Shown: piece by piece, positions 38,938 through 51,362 of the stretch
Layout of the letters: every line of letters starts with the position of its first letter
Position numbering within the stretch: position 1 is the stretch's first letter
Assembly (NCBI GenBank): GCA_964016885.1
Contig: OZ024740.1
Location: 73,160,001 to 73,224,000, forward strand
DNA: 64,000 nt
Direction: 5' to 3'
Origin: Eledone cirrhosa
Taxonomy: Eukaryota
Notes under the pieces: model-generated
Told to the model about the DNA's origin: nothing
What the model saw: only the letters and a program-made list of their open reading frames with translations
Database searches by the model: none
Made by a program: the position numbers and the translations under genes

Positions 38938-41900
38938 ATGGATGTGTTAAGAGTAGGATGTTTGAATGCACGTGGCCTGGGCTCAACTTGGAAGCAAGCA
39001 AAGCTTCTAAATGACCTCAGGTCATGTAGTATAAATGTAATGGTTATCTGTGAGACTCGAATCAGCGTCATGCGGCAGCTGGCCCCCACCTTCGATGACT
39101 TTGAGGTGCATGCATCTCTCTGTCAACCTGGAGGTGGGGGTGGGGTTGTCGTGCTGCTGCAAAAACACCTGGGTCTTGCCGTACAGGTTGTGCACTCGGA
39201 CCCGGAGGGTCGTTTGTTGGTGCTAGACGTTGGCAGTAGTGAAAGTGCGGCCTTGAGACTGGTCGCCGTCTACTCCCCTTTCGGAGCTGAACGGCCCGAC
39301 TTCTTCCAGCGTTTGGAGACTTTTCTGGGAACGTCGCGTTCCCTGCTTCTAGCGGGGGATTGGAATGACATCCTGGATGCACGTTGGGACTATGCAGGAG
39401 CATGTCCTAATAGAGGGGGGTGTAACAGCCTCAAGGGGTTACTCGACCGTTTTAACTTGGTCGATAGATATCGACTAGATTTTCCAACTGTGCCTACCTG
39501 GACTTGGAGAAACCACAGTGGTCAATCTAGATCGTACTTAGATAGATTCTTAGTTAGAAGTAAGGATAGGGACATATTAAGCTGTCCAGAAATGCGCACG
39601 GTTGGCTACACGGATCACAAATTAGTGACCTGCGTGGTCAATCTCGAGAAAACACATAGACAGGGTCCCGGTTACTGGAAACTTAATTTGTCGTTACCGG
39701 CAAAAGAGACTTACAGAAACCGGATTAGCAGATTAGGTAAGGAGAGGTTGACGGGTGCAATCGTCAACAACCGATGGTGGGCATCTCTCAAAAGAGAGAT
39801 TAGAACAGAATCAATAAGTTATAGCAAGATGTTAGCTGCCAATAGGAATAGAAACGAGAAAGAATTAACAGGTAAATTAGAAGAGGCAATCAAGAGCGAA
39901 GATGTGGCCAGAGTGATGGCATCGAGGACGGCCTTGAACCAGTTTTTCGATGCAAAGCATGAAGGCTGCGTCATTCGAAGTAAAATACGTGCTCTAGGTA
40001 ATGAGGGGGCCAAAGCCGTTGGATGGGCCCGCGTGACAGAAGCTAAAAGTGGAAATCGATCCACCATCCGGTCGTTGCAAGACGAAGATGGACGAGTGAT
40101 CCGGGAGCCTAAGCAGATGTGCGAGGCCTTTCAAAAGCACTTTGCCCGATTGTTCGGGGGAGGCGAGGGTCCGGGCCGGGGCGTGGATTTCGGTCCATAC
40201 CTCGACGGCCTGCCGCGTCTCTCGAACAAAGAGGCAGAGTCCTGCGAGGGACCAATCTCGGCTGATGAGATCGGAGATGCGCTGAGCCAATGCAGCAGAC
40301 GCAAATCTCCAGGTCTCGATGGTATACCTTACGAACTTTATTTAGCAATGCCGGTCTTCTTCTCCGAACTCCTCGAAGCGGTCTACTGCAATTGGCGGCA
40401 GAACGGGAGAATTCCTTGTTCTGTAGCCAAGGGCGTAGTCACGCTGGTGAGGAAGGACGAGAACAAGGGGGATAGTATAAATAATTTTCGGCCCATAACC
40501 CTGCTAAACACAGAGTTAAAGATTTTGGCCAAGGTGTTAGCAAAGAGGTTGGCGCTTGTCGTGGGTGGCCTGGTGGGAGATGCGCAGACACGTGCTATCC
40601 CATCCAGGTCCATTCACGATAACCTCCACCTCATGCGATACATCATAGAGAGGGTTGGCAACAAACCCGGCTTCGGTGGGGCCCTGATCAACTTGGATCA
40701 GTCTAAGGCCTTCGATAGGGTCGACCATGGTTACCTGGATGCGGTGCTAGCGGCGGCTGGGTTCGGTCCTGTTTTCAGAGGCTGGATCACTGCCCTACAT
40801 AGCAACCACATCTGTTCTAGGATCAAGGTGAACGGCTACCTTTCGAAGCCGTTCGAAATCACACGATCCATTCGACAGGGGTGCCCTCTCTCCTCCCTTC
40901 TGTACGTATTGACTCTCGAGCCTTTACTGAGGAAGTTGGAGTTGTTGCAGGGTATCCCCCTGGAACCAGGATTGAGCAAAGCGGTGTCGGCCTATGCCGA
41001 TGACGTAACAGTAATGGTATCAACCGACTCGGAGATCGAGGCGATCGGTACCTTACTGGAGGAGTACGAAAGGTTGTCAGGAGCGAAACTGAACCGGGAA
41101 AAATCCATCGGGCTGCAACTCGGAACGTGGAGAGGCAAACCGATGCCTCCTGACGGTGTCGTCGGACACTGGACGGAGGGCCCGGTAAAGTTGCTTGGGG
41201 TCTGGTTTGGACCGGACCTCCAGGTGGAAAAGAACTGGAACGAGGTTACGAACAAGGTGTTTGCACTAACCCAGAAATGGGCCAAGTGTAAGCTGTCCCT
41301 AAAAGGCCGGGCGGAGGTGGCGAACATTTACATAGCGTCCGTCACTTACTACCGCCTGACTGTCGTGCCTTGCCCTAAGGAAACACTCACCACCATGGAA
41401 CGCATGCTCTTCCAATTTCTTTGGAAGAAGCGTCCTCCTATGGTGAGAAGATCCATCTGCTGCCAACAACCTTCGAAAGGAGGGCTGGGGATGCCGTGGT
41501 TGATGATGCGTAGGCACGCATTAAGGCTACGGCACCTACAGGTATTCCTCACTGGTCAACCGGTGTGGGCTCCGTTCGTAAAACGAGCCTTTCCGAGACT
41601 CGTCTCACTCACCGAGCTACAGTCCTGGGTCAAGCAAAGATCCGGAAAACTGGGAGACTGGCACACTGAGTGTGCTCAGGCGCTCAGGGCTCTCTGGCAA
41701 GCGGGCCGGGCCATCGGTGGAGAATCCACCTCATCATTCTATAGAGGGCTGGTGGCTAGCAGGGGCGATGACACCCTTGGAGAGTCGCTGGACATGGAGG
41801 AAGACGAACTGGCCAGCCTGTTCGGTAGGACTTTCGGCCCAGGACCAATGGACAACTTCCAGAAGTCACTGGCCTGGCAGTGCTACCGAGGGGCTCTACC

Positions 41901-42375
41901 CGTTCGAGAGAGGCTCTACAGACACGGGCGTCCGGGCAGGGATCCCTCAAAAAAGATTTGCCCTAGATGCGTGCGTCACGAAGAAACCGTGGCGCACGCA
42001 TTGGTGCAATGTCCGGGTGTGGCTGATCTGTGGGGCTACGCCGAACAACTGCTGTCGCGGGTGGCGCCGATTAAATTGACCGCCGAGTCCGTGATGACAA
42101 TCAAACCGCCTCCCCTCTTCACAAAGGAAGCAAAGGCGGTTTTTCTGTGCGTAATAGCCATGTTGAAAGAGGTTGTTTGGTGGACACGATTGAAAGGTCT
42201 GAGGTCAGGCAACTTCCTCTCTGGCCATAGTCTGGTCTACTTCTTCCGATATCACTTCGGAAGAAGGATAAGAATGGAGAGAGAGGTGCTTGGCCACAGG
42301 CAGTTTTATGAAAGGTGGGTGATAGTGGCGAGAATGGCTCGTGTAAATGGGCCTTCTCTGTATACCATCCTGTAG
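38938..42375 (+). CDS. LINE ORF2p: APE endonuclease + reverse transcriptase + C-terminal Zn motif
   Basis: 1145 aa open. LNARGL, CETR, VYSP, GDWN, YLDRF and TDHK (APE). KSPGLDG, FRPITLLN, DQSKAFDRVDH, RQGCPLS and YADD (RT). CPRC..H...C. Confidence 0.96.
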   Translation: MDVLRVGCLNARGLGSTWKQAKLLNDLRSCSINVMVICETRISVMRQLAPTFDDFEVHASLCQPGGGGGVVVLLQKHLGLAVQVVHSDPEGRLLVLDVGSSESAALRLVAVYSPFGAERPDFFQRLETFLGTSRSLLLAGDWNDILDARWDYAGACPNRGGCNSLKGLLDRFNLVDRYRLDFPTVPTWTWRNHSGQSRSYLDRFLVRSKDRDILSCPEMRTVGYTDHKLVTCVVNLEKTHRQGPGYWKLNLSLPAKETYRNRISRLGKERLTGAIVNNRWWASLKREIRTESISYSKMLAANRNRNEKELTGKLEEAIKSEDVARVMASRTALNQFFDAKHEGCVIRSKIRALGNEGAKAVGWARVTEAKSGNRSTIRSLQDEDGRVIREPKQMCEAFQKHFARLFGGGEGPGRGVDFGPYLDGLPRLSNKEAESCEGPISADEIGDALSQCSRRKSPGLDGIPYELYLAMPVFFSELLEAVYCNWRQNGRIPCSVAKGVVTLVRKDENKGDSINNFRPITLLNTELKILAKVLAKRLALVVGGLVGDAQTRAIPSRSIHDNLHLMRYIIERVGNKPGFGGALINLDQSKAFDRVDHGYLDAVLAAAGFGPVFRGWITALHSNHICSRIKVNGYLSKPFEITRSIRQGCPLSSLLYVLTLEPLLRKLELLQGIPLEPGLSKAVSAYADDVTVMVSTDSEIEAIGTLLEEYERLSGAKLNREKSIGLQLGTWRGKPMPPDGVVGHWTEGPVKLLGVWFGPDLQVEKNWNEVTNKVFALTQKWAKCKLSLKGRAEVANIYIASVTYYRLTVVPCPKETLTTMERMLFQFLWKKRPPMVRRSICCQQPSKGGLGMPWLMMRRHALRLRHLQVFLTGQPVWAPFVKRAFPRLVSLTELQSWVKQRSGKLGDWHTECAQALRALWQAGRAIGGESTSSFYRGLVASRGDDTLGESLDMEEDELASLFGRTFGPGPMDNFQKSLAWQCYRGALPVRERLYRHGRPGRDPSKKICPRCVRHEETVAHALVQCPGVADLWGYAEQLLSRVAPIKLTAESVMTIKPPPLFTKEAKAVFLCVIAMLKEVVWWTRLKGLRSGNFLSGHSLVYFFRYHFGRRIRMEREVLGHRQFYERWVIVARMARVNGPSLYTIL

Positions 42376-42611
42376 GTAAAGAAGTAAAGGAGAGGGGAGC
42401 ACCTTCTCCATGTGCTCCCCGGGCAAAGGATTGCACACTTTTTCGGGGGTGTGTGCAACCCCCATCACGTCCCCTCCCTTTTGAGGTTATTTTCGATTAT
42501 TTTCATGTTACACCCTTTTTACTCGATTATATGTAAACTCCCCCTTTGTATTTGTCCCTTCTTTTTATGCCTTTATGGTAAATAAAGAAATCTATCTATT
42601 TTATTTTATTT

Positions 42612-42717
42612 TTATATTTTGTTATTGCCTCCTCCTTATTGAGGACGCCTTGTTTTGTAAACTCCCCCCTTTGTACTTGTCCCACTTTTGATGCCCTGGT
42701 GGCAAATAAAAGAAACA
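42612..42717 (+). mobile_element. ~110-bp Tx1-type 3' UTR fragment
   Basis: Near-identical to 36647-36753; ends AATAAAAGAAACA-TATCTATCTA. Confidence 0.8.
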
Positions 42718-42938
42718 TATCTATCTATACACACACACAAATATATATATAAATGTCATATATTTTCCTATTCCTCACTCTACTACCCAAGTATTGAGTA
42801 CTCTGGTGCGTTATGGTCCATCTGGTTCCTTACCACAACTCGTTCGTTATATATATATATCTGACTGTCCGTCTGTTTGTCTATCTCTCTGTCTATCTAT
42901 ATATCTACCTACCTACCTATCTATCTATCTATCTATAC

Positions 42939-45048
42939 AGATTTTGGCCAAGGTGCTAGCAAAGAGGTTGGCGCTTGTCGTGGGCAACCTGGTGGGAGAT
43001 GCGCAGACATGTGCTATCCCGTCCAGGTCCATCCACGACAACCTCCACCTCATGCGATACATCATAGAGAGGGTTGGGAACGAACCTGGCTTTGGTGGGG
43101 CCCTGATCAACTTGGATCAATCTAAGGCATTCGATAGGGTCGACCATGGTTACCTGGATGCGGTGCTAGCGGCGGCAGGCTTCGGACCCGTTTTCAGGGG
43201 CTGGATCAATGCCATGCACAGCAGCCGCATCTGCTCTAGGGTCAAGGTGAACGGCTTCCTCTCGGAGCCGTTCGAAATCGCGCGGTCCATCCGACAGGGG
43301 TGCCCTCTCTCCTCCCTTCTGTATGTAGTGACTCTAGAGCCACTGCTGCGGAAGTTGGGTTGTTGCAGGGCATCCCGTTGGAACCGGGATTGCGGAAAGC
43401 GGTGTCAGCCTACGCCGATGACGTAACAGTAATGGTGTCGACGGCCTCGGAAATCGGGGCGATCGGCACCTTACTGGAGGAGTACGAAAGGTTTACAGGG
43501 GCTAAGCTGAACCGGGACAAGTCGATCGGTCTGCAACTCGGCACGTGGAGGGGCAGATCGATGCCCTCCGATGGCGTCGTCGGGCGGTGGACGGAGGGCC
43601 CGGTGAAGTTGCTCGGGGTCTGGTTCGGACCAGACCTCCAGGTGGAGAAGAACTGGGGTGAGGTAACGAACAGGGTGTTTGCACTGACCCAGAAGTGGGC
43701 CGAGTGCAAACTGTCCCTGAAAGGTCGGGCGGAGGTGGCGAACACTTATATAGCGTCCGTCATTTACTACCGCCTGACCGTTGTGCCTTGCCCAAGGGAA
43801 ACGCTCGCCAAAATGGAGCGCGCACTCTTCCAATTCCTTTGGAAGAAGCGGGCTCCTATGGTGAGGAGATCCATCTGCTGTCAACACCCTTCGAAAGGAG
43901 GGCTGGGGATGCCGTGGCTAATGATACGTAAACACGCATTAAGGCTACGGCACCTTCAGGTATTCCTCTCCGGTCAACCGGTGTGGGCCCCGTTTGTGAG
44001 GAGAGCCTTTCTGAGACTCGTCTCACTCACCGAGCTGCAATCCTGGGTCAAGCAGAGACCGAGAAAACTGGGCGCCTGGCACACCGAGTGTGCCCAGGCA
44101 CTCACGGCTCTCTGGCAGGCGGACCCGGCTGTCAGTGGAGAATCCACCTCGTCATTCTATAGAGGGCTGGTGGTTAGCAGGTGCGACGACGCCCTCGGAG
44201 AAGCCCTAGGCATGGAGGAAGACGAACTGGCCAACCTGTTCGGTAGGAAATTCAGCCCGGGACCCATGGATAACTTCCAGAGGTCCCTGGCCTGGCAATG
44301 CTACAGAAGGGCTCTGCCCGTTCGAGAAAGGCTCTACAGACACGGGCGCCCGGGTAGGGACCCCTCGAAAAAGATCTGTCCCAGATGCGTGTGCGACGAG
44401 GAAACCGTTGTACACGCATTGGTACACTGCTCGGCATTGCCGATCTGTGGGGCTATGTCGAACAACTGCTGTCAAGGGTGGGACCGATCCGGTTGACTAC
44501 CGAGTCTATTGTAACGATAAAGCCGCCTCCCCTCTTCAAAAACGAAGAAGAGGCGGTGTTTCTGTGCGTAATAGCCATGGCGAAAGAGGTTGTATGGTGG
44601 ACGCGTCTGAAAGGACTGAGGTCAGACACCTTTCTCTCTGGCCAACAACTGGTCCGTTTCTTCCGATATCATTTCGGAAGAAGGATCAGGATGGAGAGAG
44701 AGGTGCTGCATCCCAGCCGTTTTTATGAAAGATGGGTGAAAGTGGCGAGAAAGGCCCGTGTGAATGGGCCTTCACTCTACATCAGACTATAGGTGAGGAA
44801 AATGAAAGACCAAGGGAGCACCCCTTCTCTGTGCTCCCGAGGAAAAGGGTTGCACACTTTTTTTCGGGGGTGTGTGCGACCCCCCCTCCTCTCTATTGAA
44901 GACTTTGTTATAAATTTTATTTTTTGTTATATTTTATTTTATTTTTATATATTGTTATTGCCTCCTCCTTATTGAAGACGCCTTGTTTTGTAAACTCCCC
45001 CATTGTACTTGTCCTACTTTTGATGCCCTGGTGGCAAATAAAAGAAAC
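42939..45048 (+). pseudogene. 5'-truncated, frameshifted Tx1-type LINE (same subfamily as 34908-36753)
   Basis: ORF2 pieces in three frames (breaks near 43358 and 44435). Preceded and followed by (TCTA)n. Confidence 0.92.
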
Positions 45049-45049
45049 A

Positions 45050-45120
<71 letters not shown>

Positions 45121-45122
<2 letters not shown>

Positions 45123-46124
45123 CATTAACAGAGCTGCAGTCCTCGGTCAAGCGAAGACCGAAAATGGGCGCCTGGCACCTCGAGTGCCTTCAGGTGCTCA
45201 TAGCCCTCTACCAAGCGGAAATAGCAATCAGCGGGACTCCACTTCGACATTCTATAGGGGATTAGTGGAGGATAAGTGCGACGACGTTCTCTAGGCATGG
45301 AGGAGGACGAACTGACCAGTTTGTTCGGGAGGACTTTCCGTCCAGTGCCTATGGATAACTTCCAGAGGTCTCTGGCCTGGCAGTGCTACCGAGGAGCTCT
45401 ACCAGTTCGTGACAAAATCTACAGGCACGGACGCCCTGGCAGAGATCCTGCTAAAAGGACCTGTCCAAGATGCGAGCAGGACATCGAAACCGTTCTGCAC
45501 GCAATTGTTCAGTGCCCAGGGGTGACCGACCTGTGGAATTATGTCGAACAGCTGCTGTCACGTGTGGGACGCATCCAGTTGTCAGCCGAGTCCATCGAGA
45601 GGATCACCCCGCCGCCTTCATTTAAGAATGAAGGAGAGGCGGTTTTCCTCTGTCTGGTGGCTATGGCGAAAGAGGTAATATGGTGGACGAGGTTAAAAGG
45701 ACTGAGGGCAAACACCTTTCTCTCCGGACAACAACCCATCCCCTTCTTTAAGTATCACTTCAGAAGGAATGTGAGAGTGGAGAGAGAGGTGCTACACCCC
45801 AGTAAATTCGCTGAAAGGTTGGTGAATGTGGCAAAAATCGCCCGAGTGAATGGGCCTTCTCTGTATATAAACCTGTAGGTTGAGGAAGATAAAAAGAGGG
45901 AAGGCAGGAACACCTACAAAACGTGTTCCTGGTGTTGAGGGTTGTTCTATCCACGGAGTGTAAAACAACCACGCAGTAACGTTCCCCGCTATTGGGGATT
46001 TCGATTGTTTTATTTTATATATAGTTTATTGTTATTCATCATTGTTAAACATTTTATGTAAAACCCCTGCCGTCACATCTTGTAATGTCCCCTTTTTATA
46101 CGCCCCTGTGGCAAATAAAGAAAG
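45121..46124 (+). pseudogene. 5'-truncated Tx1-type LINE (subfamily like 34034-34549)
   Basis: MDNFQRSLAWQCYRGALP...CPRCEQDIETVLHAIVQC...; 3' AATAAAGAAAGATATCTAT. Confidence 0.9.
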
Positions 46125-46422
46125 ATATCTATTTGCTGTGTATTTTAACGTAGACATTATTTCATTTCTTCAAAGGATTTCGTACTAAAACTCTAATGTT
46201 GGGTGTGTATTTGTGCGTATGTGTGCATTTATGTATGTATGTATGTATGTATGCATGTATGTGTGTATGTATGTATGCATGTATGTGTGTATGTATGGAT
46301 GGATGGATCGATGCAAGTATAAATTAGAAAATATATACAAATACACGCGAGGTATGTTTACATTTATATATATGTGTGCATGCGTGCGTATCTATGTATA
46401 TGTATATATATATATATACTCC

Positions 46423-46532
<110 letters not shown>

Positions 46533-47181
46533 CACACACATATATATACATGGATTGGGAGAAAGATATTTAGTATTCATTGTCCTTCATTAGTCACGCT
46601 TATATGATCTTAGAAAAATTGATAAATAATATTCTTTTTTAAAAATCTATCTATCTTCGTTTCGGTATTATTCATTCATATATATTTATATATAATCATA
46701 TTAAGAAAATGTGTTGGTGAACATATGTTATATGTGTTCATGTTTCTTGTTTTCACTTTGGACTTGTTGCCATGCTTACTTCTGTTTTGCCCCCATGTAG
46801 AGTTTGTTGCCGTAACGTAGCAAATATTTGGAATACAGCACTAATGTTTTGTAAACATTATCCTACAGAAGCTGTTTTCAAAAATATTCTGTGTTGATTA
46901 TTTTCAGAGCGTTTATTCTAGTCAACATATAAGGCTGACGGCAAATTTACTAATCGTTATTTCTGTCGTCTTGTTTTTGGTTTTTATTCTCTTTCTTTTT
47001 CTATCTTTTTGTTATTATCGTCTGCTTTCATCTGCTTTCGCCATTTTGTTTGTATCTTTTTTTCTGTCTTTTTTTTTTTGTATTTACTGTGTTTATTTTC
47101 TTTCATTACTTCTTTTGTGTTACATTCTCTCTCTATTTCTCCCTCGTTCTCTTTTATATTCTCTTCCATTCTTACTCCCTA

Positions 47182-47320
<139 letters not shown>

Positions 47321-47894
47321 TACATCTCTCTTTCGTTACCATTCCTTCTTTTTCTCTTTTCTATTTTCTACTTGCTCTTTTCATGACAATACTTCGTGGA
47401 AAATATAGTAGCCATTTTTGAAGATCTTTGAATGAATGTGCTTGCTTCGTAGAACATGCCAGTAATATGTATCCTGGCTAGGAGCATAGAGAGTCATTGC
47501 GTGACCATGCCAACAGGGGGCGTGACAGAACCGGAAACCAGTACCGTCCTTAAAGAAAGTTCAACAAGCACAACTGTCATTTCATCTAACTCGTATCTAA
47601 ATACCCTAACGAAGTGCTATTCATAGCTCACACAGGCCGACCAGTTTATATAGGGACGGCTTCCTTTTTATGACATATATTTCCCAATCTATAACAGCCA
47701 TGTATAAATCTAGTTGAAAATCGGTTACATGCAACCAACTGATGTAAAAAAACAAATAAAATAAAATGAAATATAATAAAATAAAAGTTTAAAAGAAATA
47801 ACCCCTTTGGCTATAACACCATTCTTTACTGGGAGGATAACCAGATATAACTTTAAAAGATGGATGAAGAAGCAAATATGAAATAAATAAACAA

Positions 47895-47943
<49 letters not shown>

Positions 47944-47975
47944 CACACACAAATACACAAATACGCACACACACG

Positions 47976-48017
<42 letters not shown>

Positions 48018-48049
48018 TACATACATACATACATACATACATACATACA

Positions 48050-48151
<102 letters not shown>

Positions 48152-48404
48152 AAATAAAAGGCACAGAATGAAAGAAGGACAAAAGCAGAAATAAAATATA
48201 ATGAATACAAAATGGAAGCAGATTGGGGAAAGATCAACAGTTAGAGATGGCTAGCTCAGTTAAACGCTTCTGATTTTCAACACTATTCGATTTGGTTATT
48301 GTTGTTGTTGTTGTTGTTGTTGTTCAGTCATCAGTTAATAAGTTTTATATTTTGGCTTATAGTGTGCCTAGTCCTTTCATCGCAGGCGAACTAGTTTCAT
48401 TGCA

Positions 48405-49390
48405 TACCTACTGATTTCAACATGTGCCCAACTTTTTAACACATACCCACTGCTTTAATAGATATCTACCTTTTTTTAACACATACTTGCTGACATAGTA
48501 GATATCTACCTTTTTTAACACATACTTGCTGACATAGCAGATATCTACCTCTTTAAACACATACCTGCTGTTTTAAGAGATATATATCTTTTTAACACAT
48601 ACCTACTGATTTAATAGATCTATTGTTTTACTAGATAGCTACCTTTTTAACACATACTTGCTGTTTCAATACATATCTACCTTTTTCAACACATACATGC
48701 TGTTTCAATGGATACCTACTATTTTCAACATATGCTTACCTTTTTTAACACATACTTGTTATTTTAATGGATGTTTACCCTTTTTAACACATACTTGCTG
48801 TTTCAATACATATCTACCTTTTTGAACACATACATACTATTTTGAACATGTGCCCACCTTTTTTAACACATACCCACCGCTTTAATAGATATCTACCTTT
48901 TTAAACAAATACCTATTGTTTTAATGGATATCTATCTTTTTGAACACATACATACTGTTTTAATGGATATCTACCATTTTTTTTAACCCATACCTACTAT
49001 TTTCAAACTATGCCCACCTTTTTTAACACATACCTGCTGTTTTAATAGATATATATCTTTTTAACACATACCTGCTGTTTTAATAGATATATATCTTTTT
49101 AACACATACCTGCTGTTTTAATAGATATATATCTTTTTAACACATACCTACTGTTTTAATAGATATATATCTTTTTAACACATACCTGCTGTTTTAATAG
49201 ATATATATCTTTTTAACACATACCTACTGTTTTAATAGATATATATCTTTTTAACACATACCTACTGTTTTAATAGATATATATCTTTTTAACACATACC
49301 TACTGTTTTAATAGATATATATCTTTTTAACACATACCTACTGTTTTAATAGATAGATATCTTTTCAACATATACTTGCTGTTTTCAATC
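48405..49390. repeat. 38-bp minisatellite, ~25 units
   Basis: Consensus tttttaacacatacct(a/g)ctgttttaatagatatatatc. Units at 49021-49360 are nearly identical; left units are diverged. Confidence 0.92.
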
Positions 49391-49513
49391 ATATCCATAT
49401 GATTCCAGTTCCTCAGAGAAATAACAACTCAACCAGGAGCTGGACATATCGGAGTATTGACGGAGTAAAACACTTCAACAACATGTGTACCTGTCTCTAC
49501 CACACCAATTCGG

Positions 49514-49568
49514 ACTGCCTGAAGAGGTCACAGTCAATGATGGCTGTCACGGAAATATATATAGCAGT
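49514..49568 (+). ncRNA. Type-I hammerhead ribozyme motif (family of 28484-28539)
   Basis: ACUGC-CUGAAGA-[GGUC-ACAGUC(AAUGAU)GGCUGU-CACG]-GAAA-UAUAUA-UA-GCAGU. Confidence 0.8.
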
Positions 49569-49634
49569 ACATCTTTAATAAACGAAGCCAAATTTTAAAT
49601 ATTTGACTTAATTATTTTATTTTATATGTATATG

Positions 49635-49680
<46 letters not shown>

Positions 49681-49683
<3 letters not shown>

Positions 49684-49823
49684 TGAAATTCCGTTATAAC
49701 GAAATTCGCGGGTATAAAAAAGTTCGTTATAACGAAAAAACTTTTATAACGAGATCGACAGAAACAAATCGAGCATTTGAAAAATTCGTTATAATTGTAT
49801 TCGTTATAATGGAATTTTACATG
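49681..49823. mobile_element. Tc1/mariner-pogo (Tigger-like) MITE
   Basis: TA|CAGTGAAATTCCGTTATAACGAA ... TTCGTTATAATGGAATTTTACATG|TA imperfect TIRs; internal TTCGTTATAA repeats. Confidence 0.7.
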
Positions 49824-49952
49824 TATATATATATTATATATATATATATATAAGCAAAAGGGATATTCAATTTGTTGGTAATTCAACAAATATAAATGTT
49901 TATAACTAATTCAAAGCACTCGATAAGTTTTCTGGAGTATAATATTCAATCA

Positions 49953-50845
49953 TCTATATATATAAAACTGTGGTTGTCTGTCTGTCTATCGATTTTTGGC
50001 ACACATCTCCTCTTAGAATATCTCACGGAATTGCACCGAAATTGCTAGACTTGTACATTGAGCCCTAGCGAAGACATCGGAAAAAAAAAATTTCAAATTC
50101 ACCCACCCTATGTGACGAAATCGAATATAATGTATCGATTTTTGAGCGTAAGTGATCAGTTATTTCCCTTTGTTCTGTTTACATTGAGCGTCTGCGTGCA
50201 AAAATTAAAAAAATTACGCTGGCTTTCTCAGTGTTTAAAATGACATTAACACAATACACGATTTAAAGACTACGTAAAACAAGCCTTTTAAAACAATATT
50301 TTTACTTGAAAACAAGTCTATTTAAAAACTACTTAAAACAAGCAAATATTTCGTAAAAAAAAGCAAAAATTATATAAGTTTATATAAAATATATGTATCT
50401 GTAAATTTCGTTAGGCGTGCAGACAGACAGTCGTGCAGAGAGGTGATATAGGCGTGCAGACAGATAGTCGTGCAGAGAGGTGATATAGGCGTGCAGACAG
50501 ACAGTCGTGCAGAGAGGTGATATAGGCGTGCAGACAGACATAACTGATAATTTGGTTACGCTAATGTTTTTCTCTGCGTTGCAGTGTTTACATTTTCGAT
50601 CTTTGTTAATAAATAACCAGTGCAGTTTTTATCCCCAGCATCCTCTTTTGTTATAACATTCGGGTTATCGTTATGTTTTCTTAACTTCATAAGGCATATT
50701 GTTGGTTGAGGGAATATTAATCAAAAACACCACATGCAAGTCTGCACAGTAGACACTACAGTTTTTAAGCCAAAAAAGAAACTTAACATTGTAACTTTAA
50801 CACAGCTACTGAGCGACCCCGAGCAACGCCGGGCTTTACTGCTAG
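49953..50845 (+). mobile_element. Non-autonomous Helitron
   Basis: A|TC start, (CTGT)n near the 5' end, 3' hairpin CCCGAGCAACGCCGGG and CTAG|T end. Internal 37-bp tandem x3.5 at 50412-50540. Confidence 0.8.
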
Positions 50846-50942
50846 TATTAAATAAATGGAAACTATATTTATAAAACCATATTTATTCTATTAATAATAG
50901 AATAAATATGGTTTTATAAATATAGTTTCCATTTATTTAATA
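50846..50942. repeat. Perfect AT-rich palindrome (~47-bp arms)
   Basis: tattaaataaatggaaactatatttataaaaccatatttattctatt is followed after a 3-nt spacer by its reverse complement. Confidence 0.85.
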
Positions 50943-51172
50943 TCATTGAATTTATATATATATTCCGCTCATCTCAATTATATGTATATATATATATAAA
51001 GGATCGATCGACTTTCGTCAAATCGGACCTAGGAAACAATGTTTCCGTCGGTCTTTCCAGTTGCTAATACTATCTATCGGTCGCAACTCCAGGTAGAAGG
51101 AGCAACGTGAAATAAAGTGTCTTGCTCAAGGACATAACGCATCGCCCGGTCCAGGAATCGAACTCACAACCT

Positions 51173-51210
<38 letters not shown>

Positions 51211-51282
51211 GAGCGGAACAAGTAAACATTAAACAATCTTTTAAATAAATTAAAATACGATTTAATATTCACCTGTTCTAGT

Positions 51283-51362
51283 GCTGTGACCGACGGTTTC
51301 GCTTATCAAAAGATTGGAAATTCAGAGAATTTCCAATGGAAAGAATCAGCTCTTCAGACAGC
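51283..51362 (-). ncRNA. Type-I hammerhead ribozyme motif (family of 31035-31114), GUC site
   Basis: Same fold as 31035-31114, with ...CCGUCGG-UC-ACAGC. Confidence 0.82.

Larger units (their letters stand above)
36793..42590 (+). mobile_element. Full-length Tx1/L1-clade non-LTR retrotransposon
   Basis: 5' UTR, ORF1, ORF2 and 3' UTR with AATAAA. Flanking direct repeat tctatctattttattttattt at 36772-36792 and 42591-42611 (TSD). Confidence 0.93.

Noticed and set aside
35106-44475. Antisense ORFs repeated in the LINE copies (e.g. 111-aa MFATSARPFRDSL...)
   Set aside because: Shadow frames of the conserved ORF2, conserved only because the sense strand is.
48405-49390. CRISPR-like periodicity of the 38-bp array (also the 37-bp array at 50412-50540)
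   Set aside because: Units are contiguous with no unique spacers, there are no cas genes, and the context is eukaryotic.
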